DNA of 64,000 nucleotides from Gemmatimonadota bacterium (GTDB taxonomy: Bacteria; Gemmatimonadota; Gemmatimonadetes; Gemmatimonadales; GWC2-71-9), in contig JAZDCY010000014.1 in assembly GCA_036679645.1 (NCBI GenBank), forward strand, positions 258,601 to 322,600. The letters are read 5' to 3'. The translations under genes were made by a program, and so were the position numbers. Under the pieces are notes generated by a model, which made no database searches, had not been told where the DNA came from, and saw only the letters and a program-made list of their open reading frames with translations. This document shows, in pieces, positions 18,172 to 28,152 of this stretch. How positions within the stretch are numbered: position 1 is the first letter of the stretch; the number at the start of each line of letters is the position of its first letter.

Positions 18172-21100
18172 TCAGTCACCGCGCGCCAGGGCCACGTCGC
18201 CCGGCACCGGCACGATAGTTTCTTCCCTCGCTTCCACCCTCTCCCGTCCCGCGACGAACTGTTTGTACAGCGCAGGAATGACGAGCAGGGTGAGGGGCGT
18301 GGCCGTGAACATGCCACCGAGAATCACGGTCGCGAGCGGGTACTGCAGCTCGGTCCCCGGAAGCCCGGCCCGCAACGCGAGCGGCACCAGCCCGATTGAC
18401 GCCACGAGGGCGGTCATCAGCACGGGATTCAGCCGCTCCATGGACCCCTGCCAGATCACGTCCTCCCACGATTTCCCTTCGGCTCGCAACTGCGTGTAGT
18501 GCGTCATCATCATGATGCCGTTTCGGGTGGCGATCCCGAACAGCGTGATGAAGCCCACGATCGATGCCACCGAGAGCGTTTTGTTGGTCAGGTAGACGGC
18601 GAAGACCCCGCCGATGACCGCGAGGGGAAGGTTGGTGAGTACCAGCAGCGGCGAGCGCACCGACCCGAACACGAGGAAGAGGAGCAGGAAGATAGCGACT
18701 ACCGACACGGCGCCGATGCCCAACAGCTGGCGCATCGCCCGCGCCTGCTGCTCGAATTGCCCCCCGTACTGCAGGAAGTACCCCTGCGGGAACTCCACCT
18801 GTCGCGCGATGCGCCCCCGCAGATCGTTGACGAAGCCCGTCAGATCCCGCCCCTGGACGTTGGACTGGATCACAATCTTCCGCATCACCGCCTCGCGGCT
18901 GATCTGGTTCGGGCCGTAGTCCAAACGGACCCGGGCGACCTGACCGATGGGCACCTTCGTGCCCGACGGGGTGTCGAGCAGCAGCGAGCGGATGACATTA
19001 AGATTGTTGCGGGACACGCTGTCGGTCCACACGACGAGATCGAACGTCGCTTGGCCATCGAGGATCTGGGAGGCGACTGTGCCGTTGAACGCTATCTGGA
19101 TCGTCTGGGAAATGTCCCCCGGCGTGAGGCCATAGCGGGCGGCTGCGACCCGGTCGATGACGATCGGGATCTGGGGCACGAGGGCCTGCTGTTCCACGAA
19201 GAGATCGGCCACGCCCGGCGTGCCGGCCGCCACTACGCGAATCTCCTCGGCCTTCTGCCGGAGGACTGAGAGGTCCGGCCCGAACAGGCTGATGGCGAGC
19301 TGGGCACGGGTGCCGGAAAGCATATGCTCGATGCGATGGGAGAGCGGCTGACCGATGTTCACGCTGACGCCCGGCACTTGCCCCAGGTCTTGGCGAACGG
19401 CCGCGACAACCTCAGCCTGCGTGCGCATGCCCTTCCCGCGCTTCAACTCCACTTCGATCTCATTGTACTGCACTCCCTCAGCGTGCTCGTCCAGTTCGGC
19501 GCGGCCGGTCTTCCTGGCCGTGAGAACGACTTCGGGATATTCGAGCAGTTTCTGTTCGACGATCCGACCGATCCGCGCGGATTCCCGGAGCGACGTCCCC
19601 GGCTCGAGCAGGACGTTGACAGTGAGGCTCCCCTCGATAAACGGGGGGAGGAACTCCCTGCCCAACCTCGGCAGGATGGCCAGGGCGGCGACGAACAGCG
19701 CCACCGAACCTCCCAGCATCCAGAACGGCCGCCCCAGGCTGAACCTGAGGAACGGCGCGTACATCGCCTTGAGCCACCGGTAGGTGAACGTCTCGTGGCT
19801 GTGCTTGCCCAGGAAGCGGTCACGCCCCAGCAGGAAGTAGCACAGCACCGGCGTTATGGTGAGCGCGACGAGCAGCGAGGCCATGATGGCAACGATGTAG
19901 GCCACCCCCAAAGGCGCGAACATCTTCCCCTCGATACCCGAGAGCGCAAAGAGCGGCGCGAACACCACCGCGATGATCAAGGTCGCGAAAACGATGGAGT
20001 TCCGGATCTCCGCCGAGGCCTCGTACACCACGGTGAGCACCGGCCTGCGCTCGCTCGGCGGGTGGGCGTGGTTTCCCTTCAGGCGCCGGAACACATTTTC
20101 CACATCGATGATCGCGTCGTCGACCAGGGCGCCGATGGCGATGGCTAGCCCCCCGAGGGTCATGGTGTTGATGTTGAGCCCGAACCAGCTCAGCACCAGG
20201 ATCGCCACGACCAGGGAGAACGGGATGGCCGTGAGACTGATGGCCGTCGTCCGGAAGTTGAGCAGGAAGAGGAATAGGATGATCGTGACCAGTATGCCGC
20301 CCTCGCGGATCGCGCCCGCCACGTTCTCTATGGCCCGCTCGATGAACCCCGCCTGGCGGTACACCGTGCGCTCGAGATGCACGTCGGGCGGGACGGTCCG
20401 CTGCAGCTCGTCCAGCGTGGCGTCGATTCGCCTGGTGAGCTCCAGGGTATTCGCCGAGGGCTGCCGCGAGATCGTGAGCAGCACCGCCGGACCCCCGCTG
20501 AGGCTGGCATCCCCCCGCTTGAGCTGGGCCCCCAGGCGGACATCAGCGACCTGTCGGATCAGCACGGGGGTCCCGCCCCGAACGTCGATCGCCGTGTTCC
20601 GCAGGTCGTCCAGCGACGTCACGCGCCCGATGCCCCGGATCAGGTACTCCTGGCCGGGCGTCTGCAGGAATCCGCCGGGAGCGTTGATGTTGGAGCCTTG
20701 GACGGCCTCGAAGACTTGCTGCAACGTGACATCGTAGGCACGCAGCCTGGCCGGATCGACCAGCACCTGGTATTGCTTTCGATCGCCTCCCATCACGATC
20801 ACCTGAGACACACCCGGCACCGAGAGGAGGCGCGTCCGGACCGTCCAGTCTGCCAGAGTCCGCAGCTCCATCGGTGTCGTCGTGGTGGACGCCATCGCGA
20901 CGATCATGATCTCGCCCATGCGGGAGGAGATAGGGCCCATCACCGGCGGATCCACGCCCGCCGGCAGCTGTCGCAGCGCCAGCTGGAGCTTCTCGGACAC
21001 CAGCTGGCGGGCCACGTAGATGTTGGTGCCGTAGGAGAACGTCACCGTCACGACCGAGAGACCGATCGCGCTGGACGAGCGCACCGAGGTGACGTTGGCC

Positions 21101-21327
21101 GCCCCATTGATCGACGACTCGATCGGGAAGGTGACGAGGGCCTCCACCTCCTGCGGCGACATCCCCGGCGCCTCGGTGAGGATCGTCACCTGGGGCGCCG
21201 TGATGTCGGGGAACACGTCGATCGGAAGCTCGGCGATCTTCCGGCCGCCGAGCACCAGGAGCAGCACGCTCGCCGCCAGCACCAGCCAGCGGTTCTTGAG
21301 CGACCAGGCGATGAACTTGTTCAGCAT
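18172..21327 (-). CDS. czcA: Heavy-metal efflux RND permease (CzcA/CusA family, probably divalent-cation type)
   Basis: IDVFPDITAPQV, GALVDDAIIDVEN, GIATRNGI, RLNPVLMTA; start MLNKFIAWS. Confidence 0.9.
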   Translation of the reverse strand: MLNKFIAWSLKNRWLVLAASVLLLVLGGRKIAELPIDVFPDITAPQVTILTEAPGMSPQEVEALVTFPIESSINGAANVTSVRSSSAIGLSVVTVTFSYGTNIYVARQLVSEKLQLALRQLPAGVDPPVMGPISSRMGEIMIVAMASTTTTPMELRTLADWTVRTRLLSVPGVSQVIVMGGDRKQYQVLVDPARLRAYDVTLQQVFEAVQGSNINAPGGFLQTPGQEYLIRGIGRVTSLDDLRNTAIDVRGGTPVLIRQVADVRLGAQLKRGDASLSGGPAVLLTISRQPSANTLELTRRIDATLDELQRTVPPDVHLERTVYRQAGFIERAIENVAGAIREGGILVTIILFLFLLNFRTTAISLTAIPFSLVVAILVLSWFGLNINTMTLGGLAIAIGALVDDAIIDVENVFRRLKGNHAHPPSERRPVLTVVYEASAEIRNSIVFATLIIAVVFAPLFALSGIEGKMFAPLGVAYIVAIMASLLVALTITPVLCYFLLGRDRFLGKHSHETFTYRWLKAMYAPFLRFSLGRPFWMLGGSVALFVAALAILPRLGREFLPPFIEGSLTVNVLLEPGTSLRESARIGRIVEQKLLEYPEVVLTARKTGRAELDEHAEGVQYNEIEVELKRGKGMRTQAEVVAAVRQDLGQVPGVSVNIGQPLSHRIEHMLSGTRAQLAISLFGPDLSVLRQKAEEIRVVAAGTPGVADLFVEQQALVPQIPIVIDRVAAARYGLTPGDISQTIQIAFNGTVASQILDGQATFDLVVWTDSVSRNNLNVIRSLLLDTPSGTKVPIGQVARVRLDYGPNQISREAVMRKIVIQSNVQGRDLTGFVNDLRGRIARQVEFPQGYFLQYGGQFEQQARAMRQLLGIGAVSVVAIFLLLFLVFGSVRSPLLVLTNLPLAVIGGVFAVYLTNKTLSVASIVGFITLFGIATRNGIMMMTHYTQLRAEGKSWEDVIWQGSMERLNPVLMTALVASIGLVPLALRAGLPGTELQYPLATVILGGMFTATPLTLLVIPALYKQFVAGRERVEAREETIVPVPGDVALARGD

Positions 21328-21334
21328 CCGGGCC

Positions 21335-22330
21335 TCAGTGGGTGTGGGGTTTGCTCTCGTCCACGACACCCCCACCCGCTGGCCGGAGCGCGACGGTCTT
21401 GAGCTCCCACGCGCCCTGCCTGACTACGAGGTCCCCGGGAAACACGCCCCTCGTGATGGCGGTGTAGCGGTCGTCCCGTTCCCCGACCACCACGTCCTGG
21501 CGCACGAAGTCCTCCCCATTCTGCACGAACACGAAGCGGTTGGGTCCGTCGGTCTGCACCGCCTCGTTGGGGACCGTGACAACCTGACCGGTCGTCGCCA
21601 CAACGAGATTGAGTTGCGCGAACATGCCCGGCTTGAGCTGGCGGTCCGGAGTATTGGCCACATTGATCCAGATGCGGAGGGTGCGCCGCACCGGCTCGAT
21701 CTCGTCCGCCAACCGCACGACCCGGCCGGTGAACACCCGGTCGGGATACGGCACCACACGCAACCGGGCCACCTCGCCGGAGCGCACGTCAGCGAGATCA
21801 GCCTCGTAGACCTCCGCCGCCGCCAACAGGTGCGACAGGTCGCCGACGTGGAACAGGACCCTGGTGGGGTCCACGGTCTCGCCAACCGTAACTGATCGTT
21901 GAAGAACGACCCCGTCCAACGGTGAGTCGACCTCGACAGTGGGTGGCGTTTCCGCAATCTGGAGACTCTGGAGGGCGACGAGCGGCTGGCCACGGGCGAC
22001 CATGTCACCGACGTTGGCGTAAACCGCGGTCACCTTGCCCTGGACCCGGGACGAGACGAACGCCTCGTTATCGGGATCCACCTCTAGCGTCGCGTTGAGC
22101 AGCAGCGTGCGCTGGATTTCTCGTTCTTCCGCAAGCTCGACCGTGAGGCCGATGTTGGCCCGGGCCTCGGGGCTGATCGTAATGGTTCCGGGCTCTGTCG
22201 CCTCCTCGTGGCTCTGTTCGTCCGGATCGCCGGGAACGGTCTCGCTCTGGGTCCGACTACAGGCCCATCCGCCGAGGGCGCTCAGCGCCAGCACGCCAGC
22301 GAAGATCAATCGTGTACGCATCGACCTCAT
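21335..22330 (-). CDS. czcB: RND periplasmic adaptor (CzcB-like)
   Basis: SPLDGVV, LKPGMFA, His-containing termini; sits between the TolC-family and RND genes. Confidence 0.87.
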   Translation of the reverse strand: MRSMRTRLIFAGVLALSALGGWACSRTQSETVPGDPDEQSHEEATEPGTITISPEARANIGLTVELAEEREIQRTLLLNATLEVDPDNEAFVSSRVQGKVTAVYANVGDMVARGQPLVALQSLQIAETPPTVEVDSPLDGVVLQRSVTVGETVDPTRVLFHVGDLSHLLAAAEVYEADLADVRSGEVARLRVVPYPDRVFTGRVVRLADEIEPVRRTLRIWINVANTPDRQLKPGMFAQLNLVVATTGQVVTVPNEAVQTDGPNRFVFVQNGEDFVRQDVVVGERDDRYTAITRGVFPGDLVVRQGAWELKTVALRPAGGGVVDESKPHTH

Positions 22331-22352
22331 TCCTGGATTGTCAATGTTCGAC

Positions 22353-23753
22353 TCACTGGACCGTACCGCCGACCGACGCCTCTAGCTCGGCCAGCGCCGC
22401 GCCGTACTGTCGCATGGCTTCGAGCAGGCCGGTGGTGCTCTCGACGTACGCCCGCTGCACCTGGAGAACCTGGAAGATGTTGGCCTGTCCGCGGCCGAAC
22501 GCGGCTGCCACGATCCGCAGGCCACTCTCGTTCGCCGGTAAGATGTTCCGCCGCAGGGTCTCCACCTGCGTCGCCGCCAGCGCGACACGCTGGACGGCGA
22601 CGCGCACGTCGCGCTCAACGGCCTGCCGGGTGTTGGCCAGCCGCAGCTCAGCCGCTACGCCGGCGAACTCGGCGCGCGCCACTTCGCCCTGATTGCGGTT
22701 GAACAGCGGGAGCCCGACGATCAGCCCCAGGCCGAACGCGTTGGACATATCCTGGCCTTCCTGGGTTCCGATCGTGAAGTTGTCTCGGGAGTTGCTGTAG
22801 AGCGCGCCGATCGTGACGGGGGGCTTGCCGGCGCCCCGCGCAGCGGCGAGCGACGCTTGCTGCGCGGCCCGGTCGTATTCCGCCGCGCGCACATCGGGAC
22901 GCCGGACCAGGGCCACCTGGATCAGGCTGTCGACGGCCGCCTCGTCGGGGTCGTACCGCGTTCCTTCAGCCGCGGTTCGGACGGTGAGGAAGCGAAGGTC
23001 GCCGACGGGCAACGAATCGGTAAGACGATATGTCGTGGCCAACGGATCGCCCAGGAGCCTGGCGAACTCGACCAGCGTGATGTGGTATTCCTGGACCGCC
23101 ACATCGTGATCCAGCAGCGACTGCTGCCGCGCGGCATCGCTCAGCCGCGCATCCAGTTCGGACCCTAGTCCCTGCTGAAAGGCGAGCTGCGCCGAGCGGC
23201 TAATCCGTTCGCTCAGCCGCGCGAGGGAATCCAGTAGCGCCAGCCGCTGCCACTGGAACAGGAGTTCTCGGTACGACGCGACCACCTCCCGCTGCAGACG
23301 GCGCGCAGCGTCCAGCGCGCTGTATCGCATCCGCTCGGCCTCCAGGCTCGCCACACGGATCCGATTGCGGCGCACTCCCCAGAGTTGGAGATCCTGGGTC
23401 AGCGAGACGCTCAGGTCGCCCTCCAGCCCCCCCGCACTCCGCTCCCCGGTGGTTTGGTACTCCACCGCCAGGGCGGGGTTCGGTCGCAACCGGGAGCCGA
23501 TGAGTTGAGCGCGGCTGAGGCCCGTGTCAGCGCGCGTCGCCCGGAGCCCGAAATTGTTGGTGAGCGCGCGTTCTGTCGCCTCGGCAAGCGATAGGGACTG
23601 TTCCTCCCCCGCGCGAACCGGCGTCGGCAACTGGGCCCCCAGCGGGCGGCCCACAAGTAGCAGGCCGGCGACCGTGGCCACCAAAGCTCCGACTCGGGCA
23701 GGGACTGTCACCGCTCGCTGGAGGGTGATGCCGGCGAGCGAGGTGATTGTCAT
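22353..23753 (-). CDS. czcC: TolC-family outer-membrane factor (CzcC-like)
   Basis: LSLAEATERAL, RPNP, LPLFNRNQGEVARA; GGAGG RBS before MTITSL. Confidence 0.87.
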   Translation of the reverse strand: MTITSLAGITLQRAVTVPARVGALVATVAGLLLVGRPLGAQLPTPVRAGEEQSLSLAEATERALTNNFGLRATRADTGLSRAQLIGSRLRPNPALAVEYQTTGERSAGGLEGDLSVSLTQDLQLWGVRRNRIRVASLEAERMRYSALDAARRLQREVVASYRELLFQWQRLALLDSLARLSERISRSAQLAFQQGLGSELDARLSDAARQQSLLDHDVAVQEYHITLVEFARLLGDPLATTYRLTDSLPVGDLRFLTVRTAAEGTRYDPDEAAVDSLIQVALVRRPDVRAAEYDRAAQQASLAAARGAGKPPVTIGALYSNSRDNFTIGTQEGQDMSNAFGLGLIVGLPLFNRNQGEVARAEFAGVAAELRLANTRQAVERDVRVAVQRVALAATQVETLRRNILPANESGLRIVAAAFGRGQANIFQVLQVQRAYVESTTGLLEAMRQYGAALAELEASVGGTVQ

Positions 23754-23799
23754 CGCGTCCTCCGTCACGAGATAGGCGTCGCGCGCGGGCCAAGCATGA

Positions 23800-24032
23800 C
23801 GCCACCCAGCTTGCACTGTGCGGAAACCCTTCTCCAGTAACCGGGATGGTGCTCCCGGAAACGAGCGAACGGCTTCCAAGCTTCAGAACACCTGTGGGAC
23901 GAACTGCCGTAGGTGCCGCAGCCACCATCGCTCCGGCCCGGGCAGGGACGGTCATCCCTATCTGCACGGCGATGACGCCGAGTGCAGCACCGCTCGCGTG
24001 CAGGAAGTAGCGTCGGTTGAACCGGTCGTATC
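23800..24032 (-). pseudogene. N-terminal remnant of a Tat-signal exported protein
   Basis: AGGAG plus GTG, apparent 1-nt frameshift, then FNRRYFL...TGVLKLGSRSLVSGSTIPVTGEGF. Confidence 0.4.
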
Positions 24033-24158
24033 GCGAGCCACGCTCGGTTTTCTCCTCGTCACCTGGTGCTTCGTTCGTCCGGCTCTCCAGCCCGCTTTCA
24101 ACGGTCGCGGGGTCGGCGCAGTAAACTTCTCAATGTACGAGCCGGCCCTTCTGGATTG

Positions 24159-24186
24159 CCTAAGCCCGCCCTAAGATTCCTTAAGG
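24159..24186. promoter_or_regulatory. Candidate OmpR-family direct-repeat binding site
   Basis: (c/t)TAAG three times, TAAG at 24161, 24172 and 24182, in the divergent intergenic region. Confidence 0.55.
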
Positions 24187-24274
24187 CCTGCCAGGATCAC
24201 TTGCCTGTCCGGGCAGGAATGTCTGTATGCCTTTTTGAGTAGCGCACCTGCGTCGGATCGGAGCTCGGAGGCCC

Positions 24275-24955
24275 ATGAAGATCCTGCTTGCGGAGGACGA
24301 ACCCCGTGTCGCCACGTTCATCAAGAAGGGACTGCTTGAGGAAAGACATCTGGTCGACGTGGCAACCGACGGCGTGGAGGCGCTATCACTTGCGCACGTC
24401 GGACCGTACGACGTCATCGTACTGGACGTCATGCTTCCGGGAAAGAACGGGTTCCAGGTCACCGCGGAACTCCGCGCAGCCGGCCACTCCACACCGATCC
24501 TCATGCTGACGGCCAAGGACTCACGCGAAGACATCCTGCGCGGGCTGGACGTCGGCGCCGACGACTACCTGACGAAGCCCTTTGATTTTGCCGAACTGTT
24601 AGCGCGTGTTCGTGCGGTCGGTAGACGAGTGCAGCCGGTCCAACCGCACGTCCTACGGTTTGGCGACATCGAGGTAGATCGGATGCAACACGAGGTGCGC
24701 CGCGCCGGCGAATCTGTCGAGTTAACCCCTACCGAGTTCCGGTTGCTTGAAGCCCTTATGCGTACGCCAGGTCAGGTGATCAAGCGGACGGATCTGCTCG
24801 ACCGCGTGTGGGGAATGCACTTCGACCCCGGTACGAGTCTGATCGATGTGCACATTGCAAACCTGCGAAAGAAGTTGGAGACAGGCGGGAAAGCACGGGC
24901 GATCGTTGCGGTCAAGGGTGTGGGCTTCAAGCTGGCACATCCGGAGCGGCGATGA
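24275..24955 (+). CDS. OmpR-family response regulator (CusR/CzcR-like)
   Basis: ILLAEDE, LDVMLP, GADDYLTKPF, winged-helix C-terminus. Confidence 0.95.
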   Translation: MKILLAEDEPRVATFIKKGLLEERHLVDVATDGVEALSLAHVGPYDVIVLDVMLPGKNGFQVTAELRAAGHSTPILMLTAKDSREDILRGLDVGADDYLTKPFDFAELLARVRAVGRRVQPVQPHVLRFGDIEVDRMQHEVRRAGESVELTPTEFRLLEALMRTPGQVIKRTDLLDRVWGMHFDPGTSLIDVHIANLRKKLETGGKARAIVAVKGVGFKLAHPERR

Positions 24956-26373
24956 TCCCCCCTCGTTCGTTTCGTGGGCGGCTTGCGCTCCGCATCAGCG
25001 GGGCCATCATGGCGCTCACCCTGGTGGGCTCGGCGGCCGGCTATCTCGCGATCCGTCGGATCCTCCTCCAACGACTGGATGCCACGCTGCTCCGACTTGC
25101 GGAAATCGAGGCAGCGGCAGCAGCAGATTCGCCCGACGCGAGTGTCCACTTCCACGACGAAGTCTTGTGGGCTGTCGGACCGGGTCACGAGACGGTTCTC
25201 TCGCGCTACGCCGAAGTCTGGACATTGGATGGAGGGCAGGTCGTACGCACCCGCAACCTCGAGGGTCGGGATCTCCCGCTGTCAGTCGCGGTACGCGAAC
25301 GTGTCGTTCAATCGGGCGAGCCGGCACTGTTCCATATCGACTGGGAAGGCAGTCTGTACCGGGCCGTGCTCTTTCCGCTAGGCCTCATCGGTCCGCAGCA
25401 TCGGCTTCACCTGTTGCAGGTCGCCGTTTCAACAACACAAACGGAAGGAGTGCTCCGGCGTGTGCTCGCATTGCTCGGCACGCTCGTCGTCATCGGCTCG
25501 GCGGCTAGCGGCTGGCTCGGCTGGTGGCTTGCAGGTTACGCGGTCCGCCCGGTGCTCGAGATCATTCATCAGGCCGAGGAACTCGAGGCGAACCGTGCGG
25601 GCCATCACATCACCGCGCACGCGGAAACCGAGGAGCTGAACAGTCTCGTGTCCGTGCTCAACGCGATGCTCGCACGTATTGACACGGCGCTGGACAGTCA
25701 GCGCCGCTTCCTAGCGGACGCCGGCCATGCGATAAAGACCCCGCTCACGATCTTGCGGGGTGACATCGACGTCACCCTGCAACGGGACCGAACGCGCGAC
25801 GAGTACCACCGCGTATTGACACAAACCCTCGAAGACCTCCGTGACGCTTCTACATTGGCTGAGGATCTCATCACGCTCGCACGATCTGACGGTGGGGCCC
25901 TCACCGCAGATCACGCCACGATTCCCGTTGACGAGGTGTTGCGGAGAGTAGCCCGGCGGTTCGGTCCCACCGCCGAACGGACAGGGGTGCACCTCGCCGT
26001 CGAGGCTGGAGCCGGCATCACCCTGCGCGCCGACGTGGTCCTTCTCGAACGCGCACTGGACAACCTGGCCGACAACGCCATCAAGTACGGACGCGAGAGC
26101 GGAGGCGGGACCGTGACACTCGCCGCCGTACGGCGAGATGACGGGTCGCACGAGATCTACGTCCAGGATCACGGCCCTGGAATCGACCCGGCGGACAGGC
26201 CGCGTGTCTTCGAGCGCTTCTACCGTGGGGCCCAGGGGTTATCTGCGACCCCGGGCAGCGGACTGGGGTTGGCGACCGTGCAGGCCGTTACCGAGGCAAT
26301 GGGGGGGACGGTAGAGCTGGACACCGCCCTCCATCGCGGAACGACCGTGCGCCTCGTGTTTCCGAACCCGTAG
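24952..26373 (+). CDS. Sensor histidine kinase (CusS/CzcS-like)
   Basis: Two TMs, HFH in the periplasmic part, H-box AGHAIKTPLT, NLADNAIKY, DHGPGI, GSGLGL. Confidence 0.92.
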   Translation: MIPPRSFRGRLALRISGAIMALTLVGSAAGYLAIRRILLQRLDATLLRLAEIEAAAAADSPDASVHFHDEVLWAVGPGHETVLSRYAEVWTLDGGQVVRTRNLEGRDLPLSVAVRERVVQSGEPALFHIDWEGSLYRAVLFPLGLIGPQHRLHLLQVAVSTTQTEGVLRRVLALLGTLVVIGSAASGWLGWWLAGYAVRPVLEIIHQAEELEANRAGHHITAHAETEELNSLVSVLNAMLARIDTALDSQRRFLADAGHAIKTPLTILRGDIDVTLQRDRTRDEYHRVLTQTLEDLRDASTLAEDLITLARSDGGALTADHATIPVDEVLRRVARRFGPTAERTGVHLAVEAGAGITLRADVVLLERALDNLADNAIKYGRESGGGTVTLAAVRRDDGSHEIYVQDHGPGIDPADRPRVFERFYRGAQGLSATPGSGLGLATVQAVTEAMGGTVELDTALHRGTTVRLVFPNP

Positions 26374-26467
26374 TCAGCAACACCCATGCCGAGACCACGG
26401 CGCATTATGAAAAGGGCTTCATCTCCAATTGACGCTCTGCTCATGCCCTGTTAGGTAGCTCAAGACT

Positions 26468-26794
26468 ATGAATACCCCGCAGCTTGCCCGCGGATTGCTC
26501 TCACTCCTCACGATTGGCGTTGTGGCACTGCCATACGGCCGCCCCGTCGTCTGTGAACGAGTGCACAACGAGCAGCACGTGCCTGCCCGCCATGCGCAGC
26601 ACACCTGGTCTCCTACCACTCAAGTAGACGGATGTCACGGGTTGATGTACTGCGACATGGTAAACGTGGCTCCCGCACGGGAGCAAGCAGATGGGGTGAC
26701 GCCCTACCCCCCGGTTCGCGAGAGCGCCTTGGGAGCGGTCTATCGACTCGCGGTCAATCCTACCCCACCGCTACCCCCACCTCCCAAGATCTGA
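26468..26794 (+). CDS. CutF/DUF2946-like leader protein with proline-rich C-terminus
   Basis: Signal-like N-terminus, His-rich middle, CHGLMYC, ends PTPPLPPPPKI; first ORF before the Cus-like operon. Confidence 0.68.
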   Translation: MNTPQLARGLLSLLTIGVVALPYGRPVVCERVHNEQHVPARHAQHTWSPTTQVDGCHGLMYCDMVNVAPAREQADGVTPYPPVRESALGAVYRLAVNPTPPLPPPPKI

Positions 26795-26876
26795 CCTCTC
26801 CGTAGCAGTTGTGCGCCCGTCGGTCACCGTGAGCGATGGGCGGCACCGAGTAGTCGATACATAAACACCGGAGAGG
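26795..26876 (+). promoter_or_regulatory. Anti-SD/SD structure upstream of the TolC-family gene
   Basis: cctctccg (26795-26802) is the exact complement of cggagagg (26869-26876, RBS); inner hairpin at 26811-26846. Confidence 0.6.
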
Positions 26877-26883
26877 ATGCTTC

Positions 26884-28152
26884 ATGCACAGATGGTTGAT
26901 GTGTGTGGTCGCGTTGCTCGCGATTGCACCCATCGAGATGCGGTCGCTGGCAGCACAGGCACCGGCAGATACGCTCACGTTGCGTGAGGTCACCGCAACC
27001 GCGCGGGAAGCGAACCCATCGCTCACCGCGGTTCGCCTCCGCGCCGACGCGGCCGCGGAGCGTATCCCACAGGCGGGCGCCTGGTCGGATCCCCAACTGT
27101 CGTTCGGTCTCGTGAACCGGCCGATCGATGACTTCGGGACAAACCAGGCGATGACGATGAACATCGTGCAGCTCACGCAGCGTATTCCCTGGCCCGGAAC
27201 ACTCGGGTTCGCGCGGACCCGCGCGCGTCATCTCGCCGCCGCGAGTCGCCTCGAAGCCGACGAGAGCGAGGTCGCCCTCATCGCGCGGCTGCGCGCGGTC
27301 TACTACAGCATCGCCTTCATGGATCGCGCCATCAGCATCATGAACCGGACGCGCAATCTATTGCGGGACTTCTTCCAGGTCTCACAGGCCCGCTACGCGG
27401 TCGGCGAAGGATTGCAGCAGGATGTGCTGCAAGCACAAGTGGCGATCGCCGGTATGACCGAGGACATCACGGTCGTGGAGCAGGATCGCATAGCCATGGC
27501 CGCGCGCCTGAACGCGCTCATGGGTCGGGACGCGACCACTCCGGTCGGGGTGCTCGAGCTTCCTACTACCGTGGAGACCCTTCCCGCCGTGTCAGTGCTG
27601 ATGTACACCGCTGCCGACCGACGTCCGGCCCTCCGTGCCGCGGCGGAACGGGTGCGCGCGGCGGAGGCCGGGTACCGCGCGGCACGGCGGCGGCTCTATC
27701 CCGACCTGATGGTGACGCTCGGCTACGCGGCGCGCCCGCAGTTCGACAACTTCGTGACCCTCATGGTGGGGTTCAGTATCCCGCTCTGGGCAGGATCCCG
27801 TCAGCTTCCGCTCCGTCGCGAGATGCGGGCAACGAAGGCAATGGAAGAGGCCCGCGCACTGGATCTCTACAACGAGACCTACGCGCGACTGTCCGAACTG
27901 CGCGCCCAGGCGGAGCGGGCGCGCAATCTCACAACACTGTACGCCACCGCCGTCCTGCCCCAGGCGCGTGCGGCCGTCGAGGCCGCTCTGTCCGCCTATC
28001 GTGTGGGGCGTCTCGAATACACCACCCTCGTCCAGAACGAGATGACCGTGAACAGATACGAAATCGAAGTCGTGCGCCTCGCGGCAGAATATCAGGGAGC
28101 ACGCGCGGGAATCGATGCGCTGCTCGGCAGCAGCCCCGGAGGTGAGGAATGA
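26884..28152 (+). CDS. TolC-family outer-membrane factor of a Cu/Ag efflux system
   Basis: QAGAWSDPQL, QRIPWPG, QQDVLQAQ; overlaps the adaptor gene. Confidence 0.88.
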   Translation: MHRWLMCVVALLAIAPIEMRSLAAQAPADTLTLREVTATAREANPSLTAVRLRADAAAERIPQAGAWSDPQLSFGLVNRPIDDFGTNQAMTMNIVQLTQRIPWPGTLGFARTRARHLAAASRLEADESEVALIARLRAVYYSIAFMDRAISIMNRTRNLLRDFFQVSQARYAVGEGLQQDVLQAQVAIAGMTEDITVVEQDRIAMAARLNALMGRDATTPVGVLELPTTVETLPAVSVLMYTAADRRPALRAAAERVRAAEAGYRAARRRLYPDLMVTLGYAARPQFDNFVTLMVGFSIPLWAGSRQLPLRREMRATKAMEEARALDLYNETYARLSELRAQAERARNLTTLYATAVLPQARAAVEAALSAYRVGRLEYTTLVQNEMTVNRYEIEVVRLAAEYQGARAGIDALLGSSPGGEE

